DNA of 64,000 nt, taken from positions 1 through 64,000 of IMG/VR virus record IMGVR_UViG_3300042471_000228; one strand, 5' to 3'. A program made the translations under genes and the position numbers. Shown here piece after piece: positions 49,201 through 59,571 of this stretch. Source of the stretch: a virus. A model generated the notes under the pieces. The model had not been told where the DNA came from and did not search any database. It saw only the letters and a program-made list of their open reading frames with translations. Numbering within the stretch: position 1 is the stretch's first letter; the number at the start of each line of letters is the position of its first letter.

Positions 49201-51429
49201 CACACTCTTTCCTGCTAAACCTAAACCTATTACAGCTGATATAAAGAATACTAGGTTGGTTGGTAACTTCTCTAACGGGTGACCGTCTACAGGTGCAAAA
49301 GTTCCTTTGATATTTTGATACCTACCTAATTGTTTATATAGATGTAATTCGTTTGCTGATAGAAAAGGATTTTTAAATTGAGTATCTGGTGAATGAAAAC
49401 TTAAAAAACTTTGACTATAATCTGTTAGAAAGTTAGATGGATTGTTCCAAGCACCATCACTACCTGTTGTATACTGAGATGGGTTACCTGAATAGAACGG
49501 AAGTTTAGTTAACGACTTATCAGCACCTCTAAAGTTATAAGGATAGTTTTGATAGTAAATTGTTTCATTATCTACGTTTTTATACGAACGCATATTTTTA
49601 ACAACACCCTTTGCAATAATAGATCTATTACCATCACGAGAACTTCTTAGAATTTCATATGCAACAATACCGGGAATTGGATTACCATCGTTATCAAGAG
49701 GTGTATATATATTTTTAAAACGTACTCCTAATATTCTAATTGCACGCGCAGTGTTTTTAATTTCATATGAAGATGCGTTTAAAACAGGATTTCTTGTTAT
49801 ACCCAATCCTTCTGTTCCTTGTAAATTAGTTGGTGAATAATCTAATATTTCACCAGGCATCTTATGATGACGAATAGGTTTACCACATAAGTCATGATTA
49901 GGATTTCCTGAATTTGACCAAGTATGATAAGAGGAATTCCATACTTCTGGTTTAGTATCAGGATACTTTTCCGTAGATTCCCAATAACCCATCTTACCAG
50001 TAGCTATTGTTTTAAAAGGAATCACTTGCTCAGTGTCTTGTAAGTTTACATCTAAAGATGTTACATATGCAGTATTAACACTTCTCCAAAAAGGATCTGT
50101 AGTTAAATTTGTTAGATTATTAAATACAGAAGCTTGATGGGCGACGTCATTAGAACTTCCGGGAGATAATATTTCATATTCAGTTCCGTGATTATCAATT
50201 TCTCTACCCACTTCTTTTGCTCTACCAGGAATATGATAAGAACTACTGTAGTCACCTGTATTATAAACGAATCTAATCCAGAATGCATATTGTTCATCAC
50301 GCATATAACCGGTAACATTTCCACCTTTTCTATAATAATCAATAGGTGCTTCTATCATTACCCATTCTGTTTCAATTTTATTAGCAATAGGTTGATAATT
50401 AAAATCAAAACGTCCTGTAGGAGAAGTTCTTAACATGTAAGGACCATTAACAAAAATACCTTCTGACTTCTCAATTACTTGAGATCGTATTGGAATTTGC
50501 TCAATAGGTATTGTAGGTAAACTTTCATTTATATAATCGATGGCAATTTCTACATCTCCCTTTGTACTATATAGACCGATCCTCTTAGCACTAGTTTGTT
50601 GATTTATAGTTCTTACTATAACTAATTCAAACTCATCAAATGTTTTAGAATCTAATCCACGGATTGTTAACTCTAAAGATCCTGATGCATTAGCATGAGA
50701 AAATAAAGGTTGTACTATACTAGGTGAGTAATATTCTGTAACCTTCTGTCCATTTACGGAATATGCAATAACTGCATAATAAGATCCATTAAGTAGTGTA
50801 CCAGAAGATGCTCCTTTCCTAATCTCAATACAAGGTGTTGAAATTAATCTAGCGAGTCTTATTTCCTCACAGTCTAGTGTATATGGTGTACTTGGTTGAC
50901 AATCAACACAATCTGGATCAGAGTTAACATCTTCACAAATATATGGTACACCAGGCCATGGTTGTTCGAACGGTCCTAATCTAACATCACCTATGTTAAG
51001 AGTTCTATCAGGATTAACACCATCAGACCAATAAACCTGAAAAGTACAGTCAAAGTTCTCTTTAGATGTTCCTATAATAAGATTCGACTTTTTAAAATTC
51101 AAACAAGAGTCATTGACTACTTTAGTATATAGACAGTTACCTTCTGTAAATATTCCTATTTCTGAATTAAGATCGTTTGTTGAAAAGATTAAAAAGTGAT
51201 CACTTGTAATTCTAATTTGACCTATAATCGTATAGGGTGCTAATGCACATAGTTTATTACCTTGTTCGTTACCTATTATCCCTTGATCACCACCTACCGT
51301 AAAGTTTGTTGCGTTACGTGCATGTGACCATGTACCTTCTGGATAGAAGATATCATCATAGTCTTTGATCAGACCTTTATTAAAAATTTCTGATTCTTGA
51401 CTGATGGATGAATCTTTAGACTTTGCCAT
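46231..51429 (-). CDS. Tail stabilisation / muzzle-type protein (crAss-like, 1732 aa)
   Basis: Size, beta-propeller-like composition, GYMRDE.YAF.I and WTISYD...WISFHDW motifs; follows ring proteins. Confidence 0.7.
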   Translation of the reverse strand: MAKSKDSSISQESEIFNKGLIKDYDDIFYPEGTWSHARNATNFTVGGDQGIIGNEQGNKLCALAPYTIIGQIRITSDHFLIFSTNDLNSEIGIFTEGNCLYTKVVNDSCLNFKKSNLIIGTSKENFDCTFQVYWSDGVNPDRTLNIGDVRLGPFEQPWPGVPYICEDVNSDPDCVDCQPSTPYTLDCEEIRLARLISTPCIEIRKGASSGTLLNGSYYAVIAYSVNGQKVTEYYSPSIVQPLFSHANASGSLELTIRGLDSKTFDEFELVIVRTINQQTSAKRIGLYSTKGDVEIAIDYINESLPTIPIEQIPIRSQVIEKSEGIFVNGPYMLRTSPTGRFDFNYQPIANKIETEWVMIEAPIDYYRKGGNVTGYMRDEQYAFWIRFVYNTGDYSSSYHIPGRAKEVGREIDNHGTEYEILSPGSSNDVAHQASVFNNLTNLTTDPFWRSVNTAYVTSLDVNLQDTEQVIPFKTIATGKMGYWESTEKYPDTKPEVWNSSYHTWSNSGNPNHDLCGKPIRHHKMPGEILDYSPTNLQGTEGLGITRNPVLNASSYEIKNTARAIRILGVRFKNIYTPLDNDGNPIPGIVAYEILRSSRDGNRSIIAKGVVKNMRSYKNVDNETIYYQNYPYNFRGADKSLTKLPFYSGNPSQYTTGSDGAWNNPSNFLTDYSQSFLSFHSPDTQFKNPFLSANELHLYKQLGRYQNIKGTFAPVDGHPLEKLPTNLVFFISAVIGLGLAGKSVHGKHTRVLKSGRTSNLVGALPANPAPALAALDESALESRFPGFTRIFTEAVTGVNPAVTTYLIANAVGDAALLTPGVTGEGSTREITIEPSDQNYLPTLLRGAVGVVTYLNYFAEGAQSVFNILLNIMSYTQYAQAYTSHGYFHYSSKGNVDIATNSRRFIKDAGYIDNQLQSIGDKTINNLYRGRFVALDLIGNLNDPSGTDDSLKILSDRVTAANITDEGISRPFYSNSYMYYGALKLAFRNQYGQLTSVKQLTTRCRFPYKPLLNISNIYTVPVIAESSLVFGGDVYIGRYTEKNTFFYFYDWLSNQPDGTEFDYRLRTMVSNPRFWADFTKFDITSFLNTALNKAVDGNFGQMLEGLPTNMFNLDLDEQLTVSSYINASSEEDPGIFSGLLDFINSASDAIDGSAVNNMKSANRLRFLKKNAYFYLFQSGVIDLFVESEINIDLRDWGEDPSERHYDPYAYTNLRELFDIDHIKSGNYFKYDISLSVSKIFNNFISWGNMQPTYYNPSVAETCFTYYPNRVIYSLPQQDEAVKDYWRVFLPNNYKDFTSKPISVKQISKNGALLLFETQSPAQFLGVDTLQTDTGTKITIGDGGLFSQPLQYLTNADAEFQHGSCQNRLSVTNTPAGVYYLSQSQGKVFAVTGNGIEEISAAAMRWWFNKYLPYQLIKDFPNYYLTDNPVVGIGCQSVFDNTNQILYFSKRDFRRRRDFAGSFQYAPQYGYNKFLINDSIQVTLGDPDYFEDCSWTISYDPKNKMWISFHDWHPELTISSKNYFITTKTLQSQAGGIWKHNDNDYEFCRYYGISYPFEIEFIAATGQTVNTLKSLEYDLECYTYDIDGIDMYHVLDFNFDHAIVHNTEQVSGVLNLNLNPKGNPIAALQYPKINPTSIDIIFSKEEQKYRFNQFWDITRDRGEFTYPNVQQPIWNTELNGYKRDLNINNLDYQKASFERKKFRHYTTHVLLSRSVSGPVKMLFKITNVKNQYSPR

Positions 51430-51431
51430 GT

Positions 51432-52337
51432 TTAGACAGCGTTATTTATATTAAACTGAGTAGGGTGAGAATATGATTTGAACATGTCATAGTACTTAGA
51501 GTACATTGCTTTTCTATTCATCGCCCATACTTTTTGCATTTCGGAGAAGTTCGGTGTATTCACAATACTTAATGCATTGTTTCTTGCTGCACGAAGTTCC
51601 GCATTAACCAACTGAAATTGATTACTGACTGTAGGATTACCATCCATAAGCATATTCTCTAATATACGTTTCTTAAGAGCATACTCATAGAATTCATTTA
51701 TCATCGGATGATCCACAACTAGCAAGTTACCATCATCGTCTTCCATATTACCTTGGTAGTTAATATATAAGTTTCCGGTTTCAATATTCGTAAATATAAA
51801 ACCATCTTTGATATAACCTTCATCTTTTCCTTTATAATTAAGATCTGCACAATCACAATTGATCATGTATGAATTCTTAAATCTTAAAGGTGTTAGCATA
51901 TCGTAAGTGCGAGTTTCTGTCCCTATTACTTGAATCAAACTATATGTAGTACCACATTGAGTTAGACAAGTTGATTCTGGAGGAAGTGTTGTTCCTGAAC
52001 AAAGATTTGATTCAACCCAAGGTTTATAACTAGGCACTACTTCTTGAATATTAGTACCTTGTGGTACTTGTGTAGTAATACTATATGATCCGCAGATTAA
52101 TGCAAAGTTCATTACGTGAAAGTTCTCAGGAAGTCTTGCTCGATAGTGTTCAATCTCAAGGACTTTCTCCATGGTCTTTTCTACACGCAATCCTAGATCA
52201 TAATTAACCTTCATGGCAATCTTAATAAGTTGCGCAGGTTCAATAGCACCATCTGTAGCAATACTTCTTAGATCCGTTCTAACGTCTTCTAATAAAGATT
52301 CAAATGTTCTATATTTGAGAGTGTAATTGTAGTTCAT
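51432..52337 (-). CDS. Tail ring/tubular protein
   Basis: YI.TN..TG.L.I.Y.G..DDDG..LV.D pattern of crAss-like ring proteins; synteny. Confidence 0.6.
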   Translation of the reverse strand: MNYNYTLKYRTFESLLEDVRTDLRSIATDGAIEPAQLIKIAMKVNYDLGLRVEKTMEKVLEIEHYRARLPENFHVMNFALICGSYSITTQVPQGTNIQEVVPSYKPWVESNLCSGTTLPPESTCLTQCGTTYSLIQVIGTETRTYDMLTPLRFKNSYMINCDCADLNYKGKDEGYIKDGFIFTNIETGNLYINYQGNMEDDDGNLLVVDHPMINEFYEYALKKRILENMLMDGNPTVSNQFQLVNAELRAARNNALSIVNTPNFSEMQKVWAMNRKAMYSKYYDMFKSYSHPTQFNINNAV

Positions 52338-52339
52338 AA

Positions 52340-53005
52340 TTATCTAAGTAAGCTTTGTTTATCAGCTGGTGCAGGATCTGTATTTATCTGCATGCTTCTC
52401 ATGAAGTCATTTATAACCTGTTGTTCTATTTGTGCAAATAAATCACCTGGAATATTTAAGTATTGTGATTGAACAGATTGACACTCATTATCACAAGTTA
52501 ATCCGGAAATCGATCCTTCAAATATTCCATCTATCTGAGCACTGTCCCATTCTACATTAGGAATGAATAAGTACCCATCTAATAACCAGTAATACTTTTT
52601 CTTATTATATTTGAATCCAGATGTTTTTTGTAATGACGTGTATAACTGAGGAGTGGTTCTAAATACTTCAACTGATCCATCTATTGATGCGACAGTTCTT
52701 AGTAATGGACCATTAGATCCTTCTAATATAGAGGGCAGCTTTTCTTTTGACCTTTTAATTTTAACACCAGACTGAACCTCACAACAAGCGGCAACTTTAT
52801 CCACCTCAATAAGATCAATGCAAGGTATTCTTTTATATAAAGAATTAAACTTTGCTTGCGATGTTTGTCCATCTTGACGTTTGATAAACATCTTAGCATA
52901 CTTAAGTATGTTACTGTAAATCAAACGGTCTGTGATAAAAGAATCAGCATCAACAGCTTTGATTCCATTACGTACTCGTGATATTGCTTCAGCGATTGTA
53001 TTCAT
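52340..53005 (-). CDS. Tail ring protein
   Basis: CIDL..VD..C, RS.EKLP, YYWL.DGYLF; synteny with IHF-like and muzzle genes. Confidence 0.55.
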   Translation of the reverse strand: MNTIAEAISRVRNGIKAVDADSFITDRLIYSNILKYAKMFIKRQDGQTSQAKFNSLYKRIPCIDLIEVDKVAACCEVQSGVKIKRSKEKLPSILEGSNGPLLRTVASIDGSVEVFRTTPQLYTSLQKTSGFKYNKKKYYWLLDGYLFIPNVEWDSAQIDGIFEGSISGLTCDNECQSVQSQYLNIPGDLFAQIEQQVINDFMRSMQINTDPAPADKQSLLR

Positions 53006-53568
53006 TATTCAAATTCATTATAGTCTTCAGAGACATTTGTTTTCTTTCTAGTTTTTTGTTTATGGTAGTTAGATATATAATCCTTACCATTAACCTCTAC
53101 ATACATTTTCCAGTTCTCTGGAAATACCTTAGCGACCAATCGCTTAAACTCACGAGCTGGTTTAAATATCCACAAAGTACTATCTTCTATTCTATACTTT
53201 ACATTAGTGTTAGTATAGAATATCTTACCCAATTGACCATCGGTTGTCCAGTTCTTGTGCATTACTTTTACACCGTACTTAATAGACTTTCCAAAGTCAA
53301 TGTTTTCTTTCTGAACTAAGTGACAACTTCCTATAAACACTCTACCAATACCTTGTGATAGATCTACTCCTTCTCTCGTATTTATAATAGCATCAACGAC
53401 TTTCTCTTTGTTAAAGTTGCGGATGATCTTTGTTATCTCACTCTTCTTATACTTTTTAAACTCAGGATACTTTTCATAGAGTGTCTTGAAAAATGTTTCA
53501 TCATGCACCATCTTTCTGGGTACTCTATATCGAGGTTTATTAAGATTAGGTTTTCTAAAGTTCTCCAT
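53005..53568 (-). CDS. HU/IHF-like DNA-binding protein
   Basis: Basic; II...GV.L..GIG.V and F.PAR.FKR motifs; crAss-like tail modules carry IHF-like genes here. Confidence 0.6.
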   Translation of the reverse strand: MENFRKPNLNKPRYRVPRKMVHDETFFKTLYEKYPEFKKYKKSEITKIIRNFNKEKVVDAIINTREGVDLSQGIGRVFIGSCHLVQKENIDFGKSIKYGVKVMHKNWTTDGQLGKIFYTNTNVKYRIEDSTLWIFKPAREFKRLVAKVFPENWKMYVEVNGKDYISNYHKQKTRKKTNVSEDYNEFE

Positions 53569-53571
53569 AGT

Positions 53572-53592
53572 CCTTATTATAATTTACAAAAT
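53572..53592 (-). promoter_or_regulatory. Putative phage promoter motif (TTTGTAAATTATAATA)
   Basis: Lies between a terminator and the HU/IHF-like start. Confidence 0.5.
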
Positions 53593-53636
53593 TTATTCGA
53601 GGTTTGAAAGATACAACGCATTTAAGTGATATCCAA

Positions 53637-53670
53637 AACGAAAAACCCCAGTTTCCCGGGGTTCTTCTTT
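53637..53670 (-). terminator. Rho-independent terminator
   Basis: Minus strand: gaaccccgg-gaaa-ctggggtt followed by tttcgtttt, just downstream of 53704..54252. Confidence 0.75.
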
Positions 53671-53703
53671 GGTAGTCACGCTAAACCAACAAACGTAGAC
53701 TAT

Positions 53704-54252
53704 TTATAAATTAGTTGTAAATGATATAACTGCAGTAATACTAAATTGAATATCGCAGTTAGTAGTAAGTCGAGCGTAATAAGTTGTTCCAGCGGTTAAA
53801 TTCTGAACTGTAATTGAGTTATTGGTTATGTTTGAAATAGTACTGATTTCATCAAATGTTGGTGTAGTACTAATTTCCAATGTATATGTATCACCTAATT
53901 CTATTGTATTAGTCCAGCTAAATACAACAGCTGTAGTACCTAGGTAACTTAAATGTAAGTCTGTAGGACATGGACAAACAGCGTCCCAAGATGTTAAAGA
54001 CAGCATCTGATATACTTGTTCTAAAGTAGTATTAGGAGTAATCTCTAAACCTGTAAATCCAAGACCATTTATAGCATTGAAAATAGTATAGTTAGGTCTG
54101 TGTTTAACACACGTATCTAAAATAGTCTCACTACAAGGACTAGGATCTGGAAACAATGGATCTGGTGGACACTGTGGTACAAATGGTACTACCACCGGAG
54201 TGTCTTTACAACCACAAGTGTTGTTTGATGTATTACATTTAGTGCAAGCCAT
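53704..54252 (-). CDS. Cys-rich protein with C-terminal fibronectin type III domain
   Basis: FSW..Y.LE...NLTAGTTYYARL FN3 signature; CxxC/CxC N-terminus. Confidence 0.7.
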   Translation of the reverse strand: MACTKCNTSNNTCGCKDTPVVVPFVPQCPPDPLFPDPSPCSETILDTCVKHRPNYTIFNAINGLGFTGLEITPNTTLEQVYQMLSLTSWDAVCPCPTDLHLSYLGTTAVVFSWTNTIELGDTYTLEISTTPTFDEISTISNITNNSITVQNLTAGTTYYARLTTNCDIQFSITAVISFTTNL

Positions 54253-54267
54253 GATTATCTTTAGTTA

Positions 54268-55776
54268 TTATAAAGTTGTTATTGGTATAAATGCTCCGTA
54301 TCTTACGTATGTTCCGATTTGAGTACCAATTCTTATGTTATAATTTGTACTAGAAGCTAAACCTAAGAATTGACCAAGTGTCTCTAAAGCAGACTGAGGA
54401 TTTACAATAGATATTGCAGAACCAACAGGTGTAGTTGCTGTAGAATCATATAACTGAACATGGAATGTTTTAGATAATGATGGAGCACCTGGATCTGTAA
54501 AACTGAACGCTATATCATTTGCTGCAGGAATCAATGTCAAAGTTGGAATCATAGCTGCATTTTCAAAGAATACAGATATTGTTGACGTACAAGCTATTGA
54601 ACTACTTCCTGTTTCAATACAGTATGTAAGAATAACATTGTAGTCTGTCCATTGTGTAACAGATGATGTACTAAGATTAAGTGAAATAGGTGTAGCATTA
54701 ATAGTTGAAATAATACTTGGTGTAGTATTATACATGTTGTTATACATGTCTTTTACTGTAAGTACTGTACCAGTTGTGCAGTCCGTAGATGTAGATGGAA
54801 TACTACCTAACAAAGGAATTGTCAATGTAGGTGCTGCATATATTAATGATCCGAAGTATATATCAACAGTGTTACATACTAATGAATCATTACAGCATGT
54901 ATTTAAAATATTATCTACAGCGGATCTAAGATCACAAACTGTTAACCATAGATTGTTAATAGCATCTGCTGCAGATGCATACTGACCACCAGCAACCCAA
55001 CCGGAAATATTAGACATGATCCCGTTTCCGTATAATGTAGGAGAACTATCTAGATTACTACACTGTTTTTGAATAGCTGAATAAACTTTTGAAGGATCTC
55101 CTACAGCACTTTTCAATTGACAAAATTGTTGCTCTAGTGTTTGGCAAAATATAGTTACTTGAACTACATTTCCTGGGAAAAGACAATTTGATAAAGCACT
55201 TGGAATTACAGGTGCATAGTTATTAATCCAGTTTTCAACTGATAATAAACGAGCACCCTGATTAGCAACTGTAGATTGAAGTGCAGAAAACTGAGTCGAT
55301 AAAGTACAAACTTTTGTTCCTATTGCAGCAGCATAGTCTGCAATATTCATGGTTGTTATATTATTTCCAAAGTTGTCTGTGTATTGAAAACATTGTGCTA
55401 CTGTTATAACACAATCTGGACAGTTACCAGTAGCTTGAACATTAGTTGTTAAATTAGTACTTGTTGGAGGTGTAGTTACTACAGTTTGATTACAACAATT
55501 ATTAAGTTCACATAGCTTGTCAATCAAAAATTGAACAAGTTGTTGAAAGTTATCAGGTTTAGGACAAACTGGTTCAAAGCATGTTAAGTCATAATTTAAT
55601 ATGTCAGTTTGTTCTAAAACTGTACACAATTCCAAAGCAAGCTTATAAGTAACATCACTTACAGTATCACCTTTCTGAAGATTGATACACGCGATATCTG
55701 GTCCTTGCCAAGTAACACAGTTACTTGATATAGGATTGCAGTTCTGCTGATTATTTGAAGGTTTTACAGGAGTCAT
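54268..55776 (-). CDS. Cys-rich fibre/spike-like structural protein with C-terminal FN3-like domain
   Basis: CV.WQGPDI.C N-terminus, short coiled-coils, GLASSTNYNIRI FN3-like end. Confidence 0.6.
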   Translation of the reverse strand: MTPVKPSNNQQNCNPISSNCVTWQGPDIACINLQKGDTVSDVTYKLALELCTVLEQTDILNYDLTCFEPVCPKPDNFQQLVQFLIDKLCELNNCCNQTVVTTPPTSTNLTTNVQATGNCPDCVITVAQCFQYTDNFGNNITTMNIADYAAAIGTKVCTLSTQFSALQSTVANQGARLLSVENWINNYAPVIPSALSNCLFPGNVVQVTIFCQTLEQQFCQLKSAVGDPSKVYSAIQKQCSNLDSSPTLYGNGIMSNISGWVAGGQYASAADAINNLWLTVCDLRSAVDNILNTCCNDSLVCNTVDIYFGSLIYAAPTLTIPLLGSIPSTSTDCTTGTVLTVKDMYNNMYNTTPSIISTINATPISLNLSTSSVTQWTDYNVILTYCIETGSSSIACTSTISVFFENAAMIPTLTLIPAANDIAFSFTDPGAPSLSKTFHVQLYDSTATTPVGSAISIVNPQSALETLGQFLGLASSTNYNIRIGTQIGTYVRYGAFIPITTL

Positions 55777-55826
55777 CTTATATATAATTTAAGTATTTTT
55801 AAACGTCTTTCAAAATTTAATTGGGT

Positions 55827-56357
55827 TTATGTACCAGATGGTGTAGGTGTAGGTAACGGTGTTCCGGTTGGTTCTATACATACTTCAGGTTCTGGTGCAG
55901 GATCTGGTATGATACACGCAGAAGCATCATATAACTTTGCAAGATCTATTTCTCTTTTCTTAATAGTTATCTTGTTAAGATCAATATTATCACATCCAGA
56001 TTCAATACCATGTTTAAGAGACTTGAACAATTCCCAATAAGCATTTGCAAACTTAACATTAGTATCTATCTCGCACTGATCTTCTATAGTTTGTGTGAAG
56101 TTTTCAAAATACTCTGGTAAAACCTTAGGAATGTTTTCAATTACAATATTCAAACATTCAAGACAATTATCAAAAGTTTCTGTAACTACTACAGGTTCTA
56201 AAGGTTCGATTATCTCAAAAGGATTAGGATCAATTGTAAAACAAGAGTCCTGACCAGTGATTTTAATTGTCTTACCTATATAGAACTGAATAGGTTCAGG
56301 TGCTTGTAGAGTAGATTGAAAATTCTTGCAGTCTATTAAGTTATATCCGTTTGCCAT
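55827..56357 (-). CDS. Cys-containing structural protein
   Basis: Y.L.DC...FDNCLEC module similar to the C-terminal modules of 56364..59570; Pro-rich tail. Confidence 0.55.
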   Translation of the reverse strand: MANGYNLIDCKNFQSTLQAPEPIQFYIGKTIKITGQDSCFTIDPNPFEIIEPLEPVVVTETFDNCLECLNIVIENIPKVLPEYFENFTQTIEDQCEIDTNVKFANAYWELFKSLKHGIESGCDNIDLNKITIKKREIDLAKLYDASACIIPDPAPEPEVCIEPTGTPLPTPTPSGT

Positions 56358-56363
56358 TTTTTA

Positions 56364-59300
56364 CTAGTTATAGTCAATACAACATTGACAGTCATCAAAA
56401 ATTTGTTTAATAGTTACCTCCATTATATCTCCTGATGTAGCTACTTCCGCAGCAGTCCAACATAAACCTGGTAACTCATTTAATTCAATAGATTTACTCA
56501 ATGCTGCAGGTTCTGCAAAAACTTCATTATCTGTATACAAGAAGATTGTAGGATCATCGCATCTTGAGAGTTTGTATAAGAATCCCGCACATGTTACACA
56601 ATCTGCAAAAACATCCATTACAATAACATCTGAGAAATTTAAAGGATCACAATAGTCTTCAGTAGTACTTTGGAAAATAAAACATCCTTCAACAGGAAGT
56701 CCATCTACTTGAATTTTTGCAACTTGTCCTGGAACTAAATCATTAGTTGTACAATATAATGGAGTTTCAAATGTTGTGTCATCACAAGCATAAACTTTTG
56801 TTATACAAGGACTTATATCTAAGACAGATTGACAATTACAGCGAACATTGTCACCATCTTGTACAGGTGTGCAATCTCCACAATCTACAGGAATAATTGC
56901 TGTACATAGATTAGATGCAATTGCAGGTGCCATTATATCAGCTGCATTATCGAAAGTCTCTATGTAAAAATCAGGATTTCCATCAACTCTAAGACTAGTC
57001 ATTGGAATCCAAGATGGATCAATATCTGCGGGATCACAATCCCATATACCAAGGGGATTAAATCTTCCACTAGTGTCCCCCACACAGTTAGTAGTACTAC
57101 TGGTTAAAGTGATATTATTATATGCTATAGGTAATACTGCCCAAGATCCTACAACACTACTAAAAAGATTATAATCTAATGGATTATTACAGTATTTATA
57201 CAGGAGTCGTCCAAAAGGTATACCTTCTGCTTGACCTGTTAATCCAAGATTACCTAAGTTTCCTCCAACTATAGGATTAGGTGGTTCATAACCAGATACT
57301 ACATAATAATCTGCATTTGTTGGATCTTCTGAAGGTGGAAATATATGAGTCATCTGATCTACGAATCCTAAAATTAGTGCTCTATGTGTCAAGTAAGATT
57401 CAACTCCAAAAGCATTACCTGGATTCTGAGTTGGTGTAAGTAACTGCTGAAATGTATAAGCGGGTCCTCCATTAGGAAGTGATGATAAAAATCCTGCAGT
57501 AATAGATACACCATCCAATGTTTTAATATCATGTGCAACTTCCATTGCAGTTTTAAATGTCATACATCGATCACAATCTGTTAAAGTGGAGGAAATTCTT
57601 CCACAAGGTGTATTGTAATCATGATACATAGGATAGGTTCTTGTTGGTGTATCTACTTCATATATAATACCTGAAGGAACTACTGTAGCATTACTTGCAA
57701 AAACACTACCTCTTAAAGTAGATAGATTACTTGCATTAAAATAAGGTGCAGCTGTAACTTTAATTGTAGTACCATCAACAACTTCTAATATAACACCTTC
57801 ATTATCTATATTAAATTTGTATTGAGGAGGCATTCCAGAAAGCAACTTTATAGTCATACCTGCTTCAAGACCTGCTGTAGTATTTAAGGTTAACGTAGCA
57901 TATTCAGGATAAGATTGTGCAACATTACCCAATAGTATATTGGCAGCTGTATTTGTACTATCTGCTGTAGTAGTGTATTGAACTTTTGTACCATCTGTAA
58001 TAGTTATTAGATTTTCAAATGGAACAGAACCTTGTGCATGTTCTACACCATTCGGCCAACCATCAGTTAATATTACCATCTTTTTAATACTATTAGGATT
58101 GTAATAATTAGTATTAAATAAAAGATTCCTAGCAGCTGCTAAACCTATTGCAGTATTTGTTCCTCCTGGAGATGAAGCTACAAAAGTATTTATGTGATCA
58201 ATGCAGCCTTGTAAGTCAGATGTTGGTGTTAATTGACTTACTAAATATGTACTAAATGTAATAGCAGCTATCCTAAGTTTGTTTTGATTTATTAAATCTA
58301 CTATAGCAGCTTGATAAAAGAACCCAGAATTAGGATCTGTAAAAAAGTTTTTTAAACCAGCAATTTCTGTTCCATTAACTGAAGGACCTACGTCAATAGC
58401 AAACACAAGATCAATAGATGGACAATCGCATTCTCCTTCACAAATACACTGCTCTTCATCTGGATCATATGTAAATCCAGCAGGACAGACTAGATCTCCA
58501 ACACTTGTACCAATACATTGATTACTATAAATATCTTGAATATATTGAGGAGGGCATTGATCGCATTGATACCATTCTGTTTTAAAATCTAAAATTTGAT
58601 TTCCTGTATTTAGTAAATACTGTGATGTTAAAGCACCATCAAAACTTATATATAGATCTAATCCTTGTGTAAAATACAAACCTGGATAAACAGATGTCTC
58701 ATCATCAAATCCAATCAGTTTATTTACTGGATTTGTTGTATTACCAGTAGGTACTTGAATAACAGACCAAGTGGATCCTAAATCTTCGGATACTATAATT
58801 TCACCAGGCACATTGTTTATACAAAATAACTTACCTTTAGAAAAAGTAAGTGCTATAGGAAAATTTAATATAAACTGTGAAGGAAACGTATATACAGGAT
58901 TGAATACAGCGCCATCATTAGTTGATTTAAATATTCCAGTTCGTGTAACAGTTACAATTGCATCGTTAACAAAATCCGCAAATAAGTTTTGAACTATCGT
59001 TCCACTTACAGGTGCAGATATTGCATTAGGTAAAAGTTCCCATGTTATACCACCATCTAAAGTTTTAAATAATTGAGGAATAGCTGTTGAAGAACTTAGA
59101 CAAATGTAACCAGATGAAATACTATTAAAAGAAAGAGCTATTTTACTAATCGTAGCTCCTATAAAATACAGAGTAGATAGATCTACTAATAAATCAAATG
59201 TTAGTCCTGAATCAGTAGATAGAAAAATATAATTAGTATCATAGATTAGTATCCTCTCAGAACTAAGATACAAGACACCTGATCCGTTATTTGGATTTAA

Positions 59301-59570
59301 GTTTATAGTAGAACTATACGTAAACCAATCTCCTATAGGAGTATTAAAAGTAAGACCATAATCATTTGATACAGCAATCTGTGTAGTATTTGTAGCCGGA
59401 TCAGTTCCTGCAAAAATAACATTGTTACCATTATTAGGATCTATTCCAATAACAACACTATATCCTGAGAATGCACCAGTTAATGCTGAAGATTCTGTAA
59501 AAGATAAACCATCTAAACTATAATTACATGATCCTGTATCTTTTAAATGATAATAGCTTTTAATTCCCAT
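56364..59570 (-). CDS. Receptor-binding/adhesin-like protein: Asp-box beta-propeller + VWA + Cys-rich modules
   Basis: SNDYGLTF, STDSGLTF, TLDGGITW, STNDGAVF, SEDLGSTW; DLVFAIDVGPS..GGTNT..GL..VILTDG. Confidence 0.75.
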   Translation of the reverse strand: MGIKSYYHLKDTGSCNYSLDGLSFTESSALTGAFSGYSVVIGIDPNNGNNVIFAGTDPATNTTQIAVSNDYGLTFNTPIGDWFTYSSTINLNPNNGSGVLYLSSERILIYDTNYIFLSTDSGLTFDLLVDLSTLYFIGATISKIALSFNSISSGYICLSSSTAIPQLFKTLDGGITWELLPNAISAPVSGTIVQNLFADFVNDAIVTVTRTGIFKSTNDGAVFNPVYTFPSQFILNFPIALTFSKGKLFCINNVPGEIIVSEDLGSTWSVIQVPTGNTTNPVNKLIGFDDETSVYPGLYFTQGLDLYISFDGALTSQYLLNTGNQILDFKTEWYQCDQCPPQYIQDIYSNQCIGTSVGDLVCPAGFTYDPDEEQCICEGECDCPSIDLVFAIDVGPSVNGTEIAGLKNFFTDPNSGFFYQAAIVDLINQNKLRIAAITFSTYLVSQLTPTSDLQGCIDHINTFVASSPGGTNTAIGLAAARNLLFNTNYYNPNSIKKMVILTDGWPNGVEHAQGSVPFENLITITDGTKVQYTTTADSTNTAANILLGNVAQSYPEYATLTLNTTAGLEAGMTIKLLSGMPPQYKFNIDNEGVILEVVDGTTIKVTAAPYFNASNLSTLRGSVFASNATVVPSGIIYEVDTPTRTYPMYHDYNTPCGRISSTLTDCDRCMTFKTAMEVAHDIKTLDGVSITAGFLSSLPNGGPAYTFQQLLTPTQNPGNAFGVESYLTHRALILGFVDQMTHIFPPSEDPTNADYYVVSGYEPPNPIVGGNLGNLGLTGQAEGIPFGRLLYKYCNNPLDYNLFSSVVGSWAVLPIAYNNITLTSSTTNCVGDTSGRFNPLGIWDCDPADIDPSWIPMTSLRVDGNPDFYIETFDNAADIMAPAIASNLCTAIIPVDCGDCTPVQDGDNVRCNCQSVLDISPCITKVYACDDTTFETPLYCTTNDLVPGQVAKIQVDGLPVEGCFIFQSTTEDYCDPLNFSDVIVMDVFADCVTCAGFLYKLSRCDDPTIFLYTDNEVFAEPAALSKSIELNELPGLCWTAAEVATSGDIMEVTIKQIFDDCQCCIDYN

Positions 59571-59571
59571 T

